Source: an uncultured Polyangiaceae bacterium
GTDB taxonomy: Bacteria > Myxococcota_A > Polyangia > Polyangiales > Polyangiaceae
Length of the DNA: 64,000 nt
Direction: 5' to 3'
Assembly: GCA_964480725.1 (NCBI GenBank)
Contig: CAYZQO010000020.1
Location: 3,401 to 67,400 of the forward strand
Each line of letters begins with the position of its first letter. Position 1 is the first letter of the stretch. The position numbers and the translations under genes were made by a program. Under the pieces are notes generated by a model. The model worked only from the letters and a program-made list of their open reading frames with translations, did no database searches and was not told the DNA's origin. This document shows, piece by piece, positions 1 to 9,077 of the stretch.

Positions 1-674
1 CCCGGAAGGTTGGCCGCGAGGACCACCTCGGGCGCCTGGAGGTGGTGGTTCACGACCAGCGGCGCGACGCGGAAGACCACTCTATCGCTGCCACTGCTGC
101 CGTCCGCCTCGACGCGGAGGCGGACCTCGAGCACCCCGTTCCAGACGGAGGGGTCACGGACGACGTCGGTGGCCTCGAGGCCGAGTTCGATGCCGCTACG
201 CAGCGCCGCACGGTCGAGCGGCTCCCCCGCGCCGAGCGCGACGGGCTCGACGCCATCGAGGCGAAAGATCCGGCCCCTCTCGGCGGGGCTCACGCTGACG
301 AAGGCGCGCGCGCCCCGCGGCGCGTCCGGCCAGGACGAGACGAAGACGGGCGCGAGGTCCGCGCGATCATCGGCACCGTTGACGACCTCGTCCGCGGCGT
401 CACTGCAGTTGTCGAGGTCCGGGTCGGGAATGGTCGAGTCGGCGCGGCAGGCCCCGAGGTCGTCGTCGAGGTTGGCGAGCACGGTGGCACCGCGCACGGC
501 GGTCCACTCGTCCTCTCCCGCCTCGTCGGCGCCGCCCGGGGGCGCGACGACGCCGTCGCGGTCAACATCGGCCCGCAGGTCAGCGGGCAGCCCGGCCTCG
601 TGCCCTCCGCAAGCGCTCCCCCCGAGGAGCAGCGCCGCGAGCAGCGGGGTGGGAAGCAGACGGAGCGAGCGCAC
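1..674 (-). CDS. Putative lipoprotein, N-terminal part only (gene runs off the left edge); possibly a protein-arginine-deiminase (PAD)-family N-terminus
   Basis: Absent from the ORF track because there is no stop inside the window. The minus-strand frame is open from GTG 674-672 to position 1, with G/C-rich third positions. VRSLRLLPTPLLAALLLGGSAC is a lipoprotein signal peptide with a lipobox. The motif ADLRADVDRDGVV..EDEWTAVRGATVLANLDDD recalls bacterial PAD-family proteins (from memory, unverified). Confidence 0.45.
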   Translation of the reverse strand, partial: MRSLRLLPTPLLAALLLGGSACGGHEAGLPADLRADVDRDGVVAPPGGADEAGEDEWTAVRGATVLANLDDDLGACRADSTIPDPDLDNCSDAADEVVNGADDRADLAPVFVSSWPDAPRGARAFVSVSPAERGRIFRLDGVEPVALGAGEPLDRAALRSGIELGLEATDVVRDPSVWNGVLEVRLRVEADGSSGSDRVVFRVAPLVVNHHLQAPEVVLAANLP

Positions 675-848
675 GACCTTCCACGCCTGCCCGGAGCCCC
701 GGGTCGGCGCGAGAAGCCTAGCGCAACCCGTGCCGGCGGACCGTTCCCAGGCGACGACTCGGGGCGAATCTTGCGCCCCGACGCCCCCCGCGGCGATACC
801 ATCCGCCCAGCTCACACGGGCGTTGGACATCCCCCCCTTGGGCCCCAC

Positions 849-2336
849 ATGACTCTTCGCCTCCCCTCCGCGACGATCGCCGTCACCCTCCTGGGTTTCG
901 GCGTGCTGCTGCCCCGCCCCGCGCGCGCCGCAGGCGCGCTCGAGCTGGTGGGCGCGCCGACCAGCGCCAACGGGCTCACCGCGCGCACGCTCGGCCGCAC
1001 CTCGGAGACGACCTACTTCAACCCCGCGCTGATGACGCGCGCGAGCCCGCTGCTCGAGCTTGGCTGGTTCACGCTGCGAACCGCGGGGACCATCGAGCTC
1101 GACGCACGCCCGCCGGGAGTCGACGTGCCAGAAGACGTGTACGACGCGCAGGTCGTCGGGGCCGACGGATCCTCGCGCCGCCTCGCGCTCCGTCCGCTCC
1201 CCACCGACAGCCTGCCCCGACCCCGGAGCGACACGGAAACCACCGAGACGCGATCCTTCGCGGTCGTCGGCGTGGTCCGACCCCTGCTGGACGGGGAAGT
1301 GAGCTTCGGCTTCCTCGGCGTGGTCCCGCTGAGCGGCTTCCTGGACGAGCGCGGTTTCTTTGCGGACGAGCGCGAGCAGTACTTCTCGAACCGGCTCGAC
1401 TTCGAGCGGCTCGGCGATCGGAGCGGCGTCGCGAGCTTCACTCTCGGCCTGGGCGCGCGCCTGTCCCGGTTGCTGAGCGTCGGGGTCGGGATCGACCTCG
1501 GCTTCTCGACTCGCACGAGCTTCGACCTGTACGTCCCCGACGCCGCCGACCAGGGGACCGTTCTGCTCAATCCCCAGCTCAAGGCCACCACCAGCGCGGC
1601 GCCGTTGGCCGGGATTGCCCTCTCCCCGTCCGACCATCTGACCACCACGGCGACCATCCACGCCCCCGTCGGGGTCGAGATGGAGGGGGAGAACCGGATC
1701 CGGTTCTGGAACTACAGCTACCCCGAGAACCAGGACCACGTCCTCCAGCGCTACACCTTCACGCAGGCGGTCACGCCGCTCCGAGTGGGCTTCGGCGCCG
1801 CCTACGCCCACGGCACACGCCCCTCCGGCGCGCGACGGTGGGAGGTCGCGACCGAGGTCGTCATCGAGCAGTGGTCCGAGTACCGCGACCGGCACGGTGA
1901 GCACCCGGAGGATCGCTGGAAGAACACCCTGCGGCCGACGATCGGCGGCAACCTCGACACCGATCGCGGTCGCTTCGGGGTCGATGTCGGCTACGTCCCC
2001 ACCCCGGTGCCTGCCCAGACCGGGCGCAGCAACTACGTCGACAACGCGCGGGCCGCGACCAGCCTCTCCTGGGAGCTGCCGGTCCATGTGCTCGGGACGC
2101 CCGTGAGCCTCGGTTTGTACCTCCACGGTCAGTGGCTGGTGCCCCGCTCGGTGGAGAAGCGGGCGGACGCCCCGCACCCCGTGATCGACGAGTTCCCCGA
2201 CGACGCGCAGAACTTCGTGACGGGAACTCCGATCGCGTCGGCCGAGGGGCTGCAGACAAACAACCCGGGCTACCCGGGGTTCTCGAGCCGCGGACAACTG
2301 CTCGGAGCCGGCTTTTCCGTGCGCGTGCCGCAGTAG
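849..2336 (+). CDS. Secreted beta-rich protein, putative FadL/TodX-like outer-membrane transport barrel
   Basis: In-frame ATG 849 lies inside track ORF 42..2336. MTLRLPSATIAVTLLGFGVLLPRPARAAG is a signal peptide. The N-terminal ..TTYFNPALM.. and the long Gly/aromatic beta-strand-like sequence fit this family. The first 269 codons of the track ORF are Arg/Ala/Gly-rich and overlap the divergent gene. Confidence 0.55.
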   Translation: MTLRLPSATIAVTLLGFGVLLPRPARAAGALELVGAPTSANGLTARTLGRTSETTYFNPALMTRASPLLELGWFTLRTAGTIELDARPPGVDVPEDVYDAQVVGADGSSRRLALRPLPTDSLPRPRSDTETTETRSFAVVGVVRPLLDGEVSFGFLGVVPLSGFLDERGFFADEREQYFSNRLDFERLGDRSGVASFTLGLGARLSRLLSVGVGIDLGFSTRTSFDLYVPDAADQGTVLLNPQLKATTSAAPLAGIALSPSDHLTTTATIHAPVGVEMEGENRIRFWNYSYPENQDHVLQRYTFTQAVTPLRVGFGAAYAHGTRPSGARRWEVATEVVIEQWSEYRDRHGEHPEDRWKNTLRPTIGGNLDTDRGRFGVDVGYVPTPVPAQTGRSNYVDNARAATSLSWELPVHVLGTPVSLGLYLHGQWLVPRSVEKRADAPHPVIDEFPDDAQNFVTGTPIASAEGLQTNNPGYPGFSSRGQLLGAGFSVRVPQ

Positions 2337-2348
2337 CGCCGCCGCGCG

Positions 2349-2969
2349 TCACGCCGCGGCGACGAGCGCGCGGATCCTCGTCACCAACATGTCGATGCCG
2401 ACCTGGTTCTCGCCGCCCTCGGGGAGGATGACGTGAGCGTAGCGCTTGCTCGGCTCGACGAACTCGAGGTGCATGAGCCGCGTCGTCGCCTGATACTGTT
2501 CGATCACGCCGGCGAGCGTGCGCCCGCGCTCCGCGATGTCACGCTGGATGCGCCGGATGAGGCGCAGGTCGGCGTCCGTGTCGACGAAGACCCGGATGTC
2601 GAGCTGCCCCCTCACCTCGGGATCGGCCAGAATGAGGATGCCGTCCACGATCAGCACCGGACTCGGAGGGATCCTGCGCGTGCCGGACGCGCGGCAGTGG
2701 CGGGAAAAATCGTAGCTGGGCGCGTCCACCGCTCGACCCGCTCGGAGCGTCGCGAGGTGAGCGACGAGCAGGGCCGTGTCGAGCGCGTCCGGGTGGTCGT
2801 AGTTGAGGCGCGCGCGCTCCGTCTCCGGGACGTGCGACCGGTCGCGATAGTACCAATCGTGCTGGATCACGGTGACGGCACGGTCGCCGAGGGCGCCCAC
2901 GATGGCGGCGACGATGGTGCTCTTGCCGGCGCCCGTCCCCCCCGCCACCCCGATGACCACCGGCCTCAC
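2349..2969 (-). CDS. udk: Uridine kinase
   Basis: The C-terminal 206 aa of track ORF 2349..3908 carry the signatures RPVVIGVAGGTGAGKST (P-loop), NYDHPDALD, VDGILIL and RRIQRDIAERGR. The start was set to GTG 2969-2967 to give the canonical short N-terminus. Confidence 0.9.
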   Translation of the reverse strand: MRPVVIGVAGGTGAGKSTIVAAIVGALGDRAVTVIQHDWYYRDRSHVPETERARLNYDHPDALDTALLVAHLATLRAGRAVDAPSYDFSRHCRASGTRRIPPSPVLIVDGILILADPEVRGQLDIRVFVDTDADLRLIRRIQRDIAERGRTLAGVIEQYQATTRLMHLEFVEPSKRYAHVILPEGGENQVGIDMLVTRIRALVAAA

Positions 2970-3101
2970 GCCGGCAAGCGTCGCGGCTAGGGGCTCGGAA
3001 CACAAGCCCCGCCACGCCCCCGCGCAGGGGACGGCGCGGCGCGCGACCGCCGGCGCCGCCGGACTTGCTGCCCCGGGCGGGATGCTGCTACGGCCCGGCT
3101 G

Positions 3102-3989
3102 ATGCGCCGGACTCCTACCCTCGTGTCGTGGTCCGCGCTCGCCCTCGTCGCCGCCGCGGCGGCCGCGACGAGCGGGGTCCTGGCTCACGCCGTGCCCGAC
3201 GCCCGCGCGGTCGCCGCGCCGGAGGGGCCACCGCGCGTGGTGTCGCTCTCGCCCGCGGTGACAGAGACGCTGTTCGCGATCGGCGCGGGGGAGGCCGTGG
3301 TCGGCGTCAGCGACTTCTGCTCGACCCCACGCGACGCGACGCCGCGCCCGCGCACGGGGACCAGCCTGGGGCCGAGCTACGAGCAGATCGCCGCGCTCCG
3401 CCCCTCGGTCGTCGTCACCAGCAGCACGCCCGCGGCCCGGCTCGACGGGCTCCGTGCGCTCGCCCCCACCCGACAGCTCGCCTGGCTCACGGTCGCCGAG
3501 GTCGCGGCGTCGACCCGCGAGCTCGGGCTGCTCGCGGGGCGCCCCGCCGCCGCGACCGCGCTCGCGGACCGCCTCGAGGCGACGCTCGGAGCCCTGCCGC
3601 CCGCTGGCGCCCCGCGCCTCCTGCTCGTGCTCGGCGGCACCCAGGCCGAGGCGGAGATCTGGTACGTGAAAGCGAACTCCATCCACGGCAGCACTATCAC
3701 GGCCGCGGGGGCGCTGAACGCCGTCCCCGCGCCCGTCGCAGGCGCACCGGTGATGAGCCTCGAGCGGCTCCTCGCCGTCGATCCCGATCTCGTCATGGTG
3801 CTGGGCGGCGGCGAAGCGGGCGCCGCCGCGACCCTGGGCGCGCTCCGCCGGCTCACCGCGCTCACTGCGGTTCGGCACGGACGCATCGGCGCCCTGTCCG
3901 ATCCGCATCTGCTCGTACCCGGCCCTCGCGTGCTCGAGCTCGTCGAGGTGCTTTCGCGGTGGGTTGCCGCACAGATGGGGAGGCCGTGA
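3102..3989 (+). CDS. ABC transporter periplasmic binding protein, BtuF/FhuD-type (cobalamin/heme/siderophore class)
   Basis: It has a signal peptide (SWSALALVAAAAAATSG). VVSLSPAVTETLFAIGAGEAVVGVSDF resembles the BtuF N-lobe motif. It lies in an operon with a FecCD permease and an ATPase. Confidence 0.85.
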   Translation: MRRTPTLVSWSALALVAAAAAATSGVLAHAVPDARAVAAPEGPPRVVSLSPAVTETLFAIGAGEAVVGVSDFCSTPRDATPRPRTGTSLGPSYEQIAALRPSVVVTSSTPAARLDGLRALAPTRQLAWLTVAEVAASTRELGLLAGRPAAATALADRLEATLGALPPAGAPRLLLVLGGTQAEAEIWYVKANSIHGSTITAAGALNAVPAPVAGAPVMSLERLLAVDPDLVMVLGGGEAGAAATLGALRRLTALTAVRHGRIGALSDPHLLVPGPRVLELVEVLSRWVAAQMGRP

Positions 3990-4786
3990 CGACGCTCGCG
4001 CTGGCCGGGGTCACGGTCCGGCGGCGGGCCGTCGAGCTCGTCACCGACCTGTCGCTCGCCCTCCGCACCGGGGAGCTCGTGGTGCTGGTGGGTCCGAACG
4101 GCGCCGGCAAGTCCACGCTGCTCCGGGCCGCGCTCGGCCTGGTGCGCCTCGACCGCGGGCTCGTGACGGTCGACGGCCAGGACGCAGCGTCACTCTCACC
4201 CCGAGAGCGCGCAGCGTTCCTCGCCTGGCTCCCGCAGACCAGCAACGTCGAAGAGCCGCTCACGGTCGCCGACCACGTGGCGGCCGCGCGCTTCCGCTTC
4301 GGCGAAAGGGTGGTGCGGGCGAGAGAAGGGGCGAGGCGCGCGCTCGCTCAGGTGGACGCAACCGCGTTGGCGGACCGACTCCTCGCGACGCTCTCCGGAG
4401 GCGAGCGACAGCGCGTGGCGCTGGCGGCGGTCCTCGCCCAGGAGGCACCTCTCCTGCTGCTCGACGAGCCGGCGAACCACCTCGATCCCCGGCAGCGGCG
4501 CGAAACCTTCCTCCTCATCGCCCGCCTCGCGCGCGCCGGACGCGGCATCCTCTGCGTTACCCACGACGTCGGGCTACTGGCGGGGCTCCCGACGACGGGA
4601 TCGACCCGCGTGGTGGGGCTCCGCGGCGGCCGGCTCGCGTTCGAGCTCCCGCTCGGCGACCCCTCGCTCGCGGCTCACCTCGGCGCGCTGTTCGATCTGC
4701 GGCTGTCGTTCGCCGAGCGCGAGGGCGAGCGCGCGCTGGTGGCCTGGTGGCCCCGACCCGAGGCGGAGGAGCCGCCGTGCGCGTGA
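3986..4786 (+). CDS. ABC transporter ATP-binding protein (BtuD/FepC-like)
   Basis: GTG 3986 overlaps the upstream stop (GTGA). It carries Walker A GPNGAGKST, signature LSGGERQR and Walker B LLLLDEP. Confidence 0.9.
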   Translation: MTTLALAGVTVRRRAVELVTDLSLALRTGELVVLVGPNGAGKSTLLRAALGLVRLDRGLVTVDGQDAASLSPRERAAFLAWLPQTSNVEEPLTVADHVAAARFRFGERVVRAREGARRALAQVDATALADRLLATLSGGERQRVALAAVLAQEAPLLLLDEPANHLDPRQRRETFLLIARLARAGRGILCVTHDVGLLAGLPTTGSTRVVGLRGGRLAFELPLGDPSLAAHLGALFDLRLSFAEREGERALVAWWPRPEAEEPPCA

Positions 4787-5736
4787 GGCGACCTGCCCTC
4801 CTCCTGATCGCGGTCACCCTCGCGACGATCGCCGGGGCACCGCTGGTCGGCCCCCCCCTCGACCCGGAGACGGGCGCGTTCGTGCTCTGGCAGCTGCGCG
4901 TGCCGCGCATGCTCATGGCCGCGCTGGTGGGCGGGACCCTGTCCCTGGTGGGGGCTGCTTACCAGCTCGTGTTCGCCAACCCCCTGGCCACGCCGAGCAC
5001 GGTCGGCACCTCCGCGGGCGCGGTGCTCGGCGTCCTCGTCGCGGTGGTCCTCGGTCAACCGAGCACGACGGTAAACCTCCCCTGGCTCGCGCTGGCCGCC
5101 TTCGCCGGCGCCATCGCGACCACCGCTATCGTCGCCGGCTTGGCGGCAAGCGGACGCTCACGGATGCAGGACGTCCTGCTCGCCGGCATCGCGGTGACCC
5201 TCGCCGCGGGAGCGCTCGCCACGGCTATCGAGAGCATCGCCGACATCGGCCAGCGCTTCACCGTGAGCCAGTGGTCACTCGGCCACCTGCCGCAGGTGGG
5301 GTACCGCGGCGTTCTGGTGATCGTGCCACCGCTGGCCCTCGCCTGGGGCGGCGTCTTCGGTCAGACCCGCGCCCTGCACGCGCTCACCTCCGGGGAAGAC
5401 GTCGCCCGTACGCAGGGGGTCGACGTTCCACGCACCCGCGCCATCGCGCTCGGCGCCGGCGCCATCGGGGTGGCCGCCTGCGTCGCGTGGTGCGGCCCCA
5501 TCGGGTTCGTCGGGCTGATCGTCCCCCACCTCGTCCGACTCACCGGAGCCAGCTCCCCTCGGGCGCTACTGCCGCTCTCATTCGTCACCGGGATGGGCTT
5601 TCTGATCGGGTGCGACGTGGCGGCGAGGGTCCTCGTGCCCGGCCACGAAATCCCCGTCGGAGTGCTCACGGCGGCGATCGGCGCGCCCGCGCTCCTCGCC
5701 CTCCTGGCGTCACCCATCGCTCGACGCGCCTCGTAA
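4777..5736 (+). CDS. FecCD-family ABC permease (BtuC-like)
   Basis: GTG 4777 overlaps the ATPase gene end by 10 nt. The protein is polytopic and hydrophobic, with LRVPRMLMAALVGGTLSLVGAAYQ.. and GVLTAAIGAPALLALL typical of FecCD/BtuC permeases. Confidence 0.9.
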   Translation: MRVRRPALLLIAVTLATIAGAPLVGPPLDPETGAFVLWQLRVPRMLMAALVGGTLSLVGAAYQLVFANPLATPSTVGTSAGAVLGVLVAVVLGQPSTTVNLPWLALAAFAGAIATTAIVAGLAASGRSRMQDVLLAGIAVTLAAGALATAIESIADIGQRFTVSQWSLGHLPQVGYRGVLVIVPPLALAWGGVFGQTRALHALTSGEDVARTQGVDVPRTRAIALGAGAIGVAACVAWCGPIGFVGLIVPHLVRLTGASSPRALLPLSFVTGMGFLIGCDVAARVLVPGHEIPVGVLTAAIGAPALLALLASPIARRAS

Positions 5737-5748
5737 CGCGCCGGACGC

Positions 5749-8700
5749 TCAGGTCGATGCCGCCGGATCGCCCCGTGGGGGAGGGGCAACCCGATTCCGT
5801 CCCCCGCGCGCACCCGTGACCCGGCTGGTCGCGCCACCCTTCGCGGTCGTCTTGGCAGCGAGGCCCCGCTTGGTCGCGCTCTTCGTCGTCGCCTTCTCGC
5901 CGTCGGTCGGTGGGGTCCCGGCGCCCGCCCTCGCGCCCTTTGCTGACGCACCGTCAGCCTTCGATCCGCCGCTGCGGGCGGCCGGTTTGGCACCCTTGCC
6001 TTTGGCCCCGGTGGTCCCACGGGTGCCCTTGGCGCTCTTACCGTTCCCCTTCGCCGCGGCGCTCCTCGACTTGCCAGCGCCCGCCGGATCGGCGGCCTCG
6101 GCGGGGCGCTTCCGCCCAGAGCTCGCGCCGCGTGGGCGCCGCGCCGTGGACGACGGACCGCGATCGCGCCGCGCCTGGAGCAGCTCCTGGGCGCGCTCGA
6201 GCGTGATCGACGCGGGTGAGTCGCCCTTGTGCAGCGAGGCGTGGGTTTCCCCGTCGGACACGTAGGGACCGAAGCGACCCTCACGCACGACGATGGGCTT
6301 GCCCGAAACCAGGTCCGGGCCGAGCTCGCGCAGGGGGGGGGCGGCCGCGCCCGCCCGGCGCCGCGCACGAGGCTGGGCGAAGAGCGCCAGCGCCTCCTCG
6401 AGAGTCACGGAGAAGACCTGCTCCTCCCGCTCCAAGCTCCGGCTGTCTTTGCCCCGCGCCACGTAGGGACCGTAGCGCCCGAGCTGCGACGTGATGGCCT
6501 CGCCGGTCGCTGGATCGACCCCCACCGTGCGCGGCAGCGCGAGCAACTGCAGCGCGTCCGCCAGGGTCACCCCCTCGAAGGTGAGCGAGCTGAGCAACGA
6601 CGACGTCCTCGGCTTCTGCTTGCCGTCGCCACCCTCGCCGAGCTGGACGAAGGCGCCGAACCGACCGCGTCGCGCCAGCACCGGCAAGCCCGAAGCTGGA
6701 TCGGTCCCGAGCTCGCGATCGTCGGCCGGAGCCGAGAGCAGCTCCACCGCGCGCGACAGCGTGAGCTCGTCGGGGGGGGTGTCTTCCGGCAAGCGCGCGG
6801 TGGCCTCGCCGCGCTGCAGGTAGGCGCCAAACCGGCCGACCCGCACCAGGATCTCGCGCCCCTCCGCGTCGAAGCCAAGGGAGAGAGAGTTGATCGCCCG
6901 GGCGTCGATGGCGCCGAGCTGCTCGGCGACGAGAGCGCGCAGGCCGCGATCGAGCGGGCGGCCCGGGCGGCGCTCCCCGGCATCACCCTTCACGCCGAAG
7001 TAGAAGCGATCGAGCCAGGGGACCGACTGCGCCTCGCCGTTCGCGATGGCATCGAGGTCGTCCTCCATTCGCGCCGTGAACTCGTAGTCGACGAGGTCGC
7101 CGAAATGCTGCTTCAGCAGCGCCACCACCGCGAAGGCGGTGAAGGACGGCACCAGCAGGGTACCCTTCTTCCAGACGTAGCCGCGATCGAGGATGGTCGA
7201 GATGATGGAGGCGTAGGTCGAGGGGCGCCCGACGCCGAGCTCCTCCAGACGCCGAACGAGCGAGGCCTCCGTGTACCGGGCTGGTGGTTGCGTCTCGTGA
7301 CGCCGCGGCTCGAAGGTGAGCCCGGGGAGCTGGTCCCCCACCGCGAGCGGCGGCAGCGGACGCTCCTTCTCCTCGAGCTCGGCCGCCGGGTCATCGGACC
7401 CCTCGACGTAGGCGCGCAGGAAGCCAGGGAAGCGGATGGTGTGCCCGCTCACCGAGAATTCCACGTCACGACCGCTCGACAGCGCCGCCCCCAGCCGAAC
7501 GTTGACACTCTCACCCTCCGCGTCACGCATTTCCGACGCGATGGTCCGCATCCAGATGAGCTCGTAAAGGTGGGCCTCGTCGGGCTGGACCTCCCGCGCG
7601 ACCTGCTCCGGCCGGCGGAAGACCTCTCCCGCTGGTCGGATCGCCTCGTGCGCCTCCTGGGCGTTCTTGACCTTGCTCTTGTAAACGCGGGGGCTCCGCG
7701 TGAGGTACTCGGCGCCGTAGAGGCGCTCGATCTGCTCGCGCGCCGACGCGATCGCCGCGTCCGACAGCGTGATGCTGTCCGTGCGCATGTACGTGATGTA
7801 GCCGCTCTCGTACAAACGCTGCGCCGCCCGCATGGTTCGCGACGCCGAAAAGCGGAGCTTGCGCCCCGCTTCCTGCTGGAGCGTGGAGGTCATGAACGGC
7901 GCCGAGGGCGAGCGGCGGCTCGGCTTGCGCTCCACCGCGCGCACCGCGAACGACTGGCCCGCCGCGGTCGTCGCGATCTCACGCGCGACTCCCTCGTCGA
8001 TGACCAGCACGTCAGACTTGGTGAGCGCGCCGCCCGAATCGAAATCCCGGCCGGTCGCCACACGCCGCCCGTCCACCCCCGAGAGGGTGGCGTCGAACCG
8101 GGGCGGCGTCCGCCCCGCGGCCTCGAAGGCGCCCTCCACGTCCCAGTAGGAGGCGACGACGAACCGCATCCGCTCGAGCTCACGCTCGACGACGATGCGG
8201 GTGGCGACGCTCTGGACCCGGCCTGCGCTCAGCCGAGGCAACACCTTCTTCCAGAGGACTGGGGACACCTCGTAACCGTAGAGGCGATCCAGGATCCGGC
8301 GGGCCTCCTGGGCGTCAACCAGGCGCCGATCCAGCTCGCGGGGGGCGGCGATGGCCGCCTCGATGGCCCGCTTCGTGATCTCGTGGAAGACCATCCGCCG
8401 CACGGGGACTCGGGGCTTGAGGACCTCGAGCAGGTGCCAGGCGATGCTCTCCCCCTCGCGATCCTCGTCGGTGGCGAGGAAGAGCATCGAGGCGTCCGCG
8501 AGCAAGTGCTTGAGCTTGGCGATGTGCGCCTTCTTGTCGGCGCTGACCACGTAGTGGGGCTGGAAGCCGTGCTCCACGTCGACCCCGAGGCGCGCCCACG
8601 GTTCCTTCTTCAAGGCTGCCGGGACGTCGGCCGCGTTCCGGGGCAGGTCGCGGACATGCCCGATGGACGATTCGACGACGAACCCGGGGCCGAGAAAGCC

Positions 8701-8760
8701 CCCGATCGTGCGCGCCTTGGCGGGCGACTCGACGATGACGAGGGGCTTCAACCCGGGCAT
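5749..8760 (-). CDS. topA: DNA topoisomerase I (Zn-finger-less C-terminal repeat type with basic tail)
   Basis: MPGLKPLVIVESPAKARTIGGFLG is the Toprim N-terminus. Also present are DEDREGE, the active-site region ITYMRTDS, and four GRFG(A/P)Y(L/V) C-terminal repeats followed by a Lys/Ala/Gly-rich tail. The start was set to ATG 8760 rather than the track start 8799. Confidence 0.95.
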   Translation of the reverse strand: MPGLKPLVIVESPAKARTIGGFLGPGFVVESSIGHVRDLPRNAADVPAALKKEPWARLGVDVEHGFQPHYVVSADKKAHIAKLKHLLADASMLFLATDEDREGESIAWHLLEVLKPRVPVRRMVFHEITKRAIEAAIAAPRELDRRLVDAQEARRILDRLYGYEVSPVLWKKVLPRLSAGRVQSVATRIVVERELERMRFVVASYWDVEGAFEAAGRTPPRFDATLSGVDGRRVATGRDFDSGGALTKSDVLVIDEGVAREIATTAAGQSFAVRAVERKPSRRSPSAPFMTSTLQQEAGRKLRFSASRTMRAAQRLYESGYITYMRTDSITLSDAAIASAREQIERLYGAEYLTRSPRVYKSKVKNAQEAHEAIRPAGEVFRRPEQVAREVQPDEAHLYELIWMRTIASEMRDAEGESVNVRLGAALSSGRDVEFSVSGHTIRFPGFLRAYVEGSDDPAAELEEKERPLPPLAVGDQLPGLTFEPRRHETQPPARYTEASLVRRLEELGVGRPSTYASIISTILDRGYVWKKGTLLVPSFTAFAVVALLKQHFGDLVDYEFTARMEDDLDAIANGEAQSVPWLDRFYFGVKGDAGERRPGRPLDRGLRALVAEQLGAIDARAINSLSLGFDAEGREILVRVGRFGAYLQRGEATARLPEDTPPDELTLSRAVELLSAPADDRELGTDPASGLPVLARRGRFGAFVQLGEGGDGKQKPRTSSLLSSLTFEGVTLADALQLLALPRTVGVDPATGEAITSQLGRYGPYVARGKDSRSLEREEQVFSVTLEEALALFAQPRARRRAGAAAPPLRELGPDLVSGKPIVVREGRFGPYVSDGETHASLHKGDSPASITLERAQELLQARRDRGPSSTARRPRGASSGRKRPAEAADPAGAGKSRSAAAKGNGKSAKGTRGTTGAKGKGAKPAARSGGSKADGASAKGARAGAGTPPTDGEKATTKSATKRGLAAKTTAKGGATSRVTGARGGRNRVAPPPRGDPAAST

Positions 8761-9077
8761 GGTGCGCGTTCGGCTACAATCCGGGTCCTTCCATGTCAAG
8801 CCGGCCGTCCCTCTCCTGGGTGCGAGAAGGGCGCGGAAAGAAAGGCATCTCGTGAGCTTGGCCCTGGGGCGGGCTTCGCAATCGGCCCGTCAAACCGGAC
8901 GACCGGCGGACAACCAACAGTGCCGTCCCGCGACACGGGGCGGCAAACCGTCTATCCGGCCGGTGCGGGACCCCGACGCCCGTGCGCGCTTCCAAGAGGC
9001 GACCGTTCACGCGCTGGCGACAAAGCCGTGCCGAACGCCGACCCCGCGCTGATTCGCTTGTTCGCGCACCCGCGCCG

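Noticed and set aside
42-848. 5' extensions of track ORFs: 42-848, 2970-3908, 9609-10181, 11410-11622, 28656-29228, 32956-34131, 43703-44026, 43806-45077, 46382-47191.
   Set aside because: The ORF finder takes the most upstream ATG/GTG/TTG. The extensions overlap neighbouring genes or regulatory RNA, have non-coding-like composition, and precede obvious signal peptides or conserved N-termini. Internal starts were used instead.
2970-3101. A second cobalamin riboswitch upstream of the BtuFCD-like importer.
   Set aside because: The region is only 132 nt, is shared with the divergent udk gene, and contains none of the B12-element blocks.
8761-8799. The upstream ATG 8799 as the topA start.
   Set aside because: ATG 8760 gives MPGLKPLVIVESPAKA, the canonical TopA N-terminus. 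The 13 extra codons overlap a TTGACA promoter-like hexamer.
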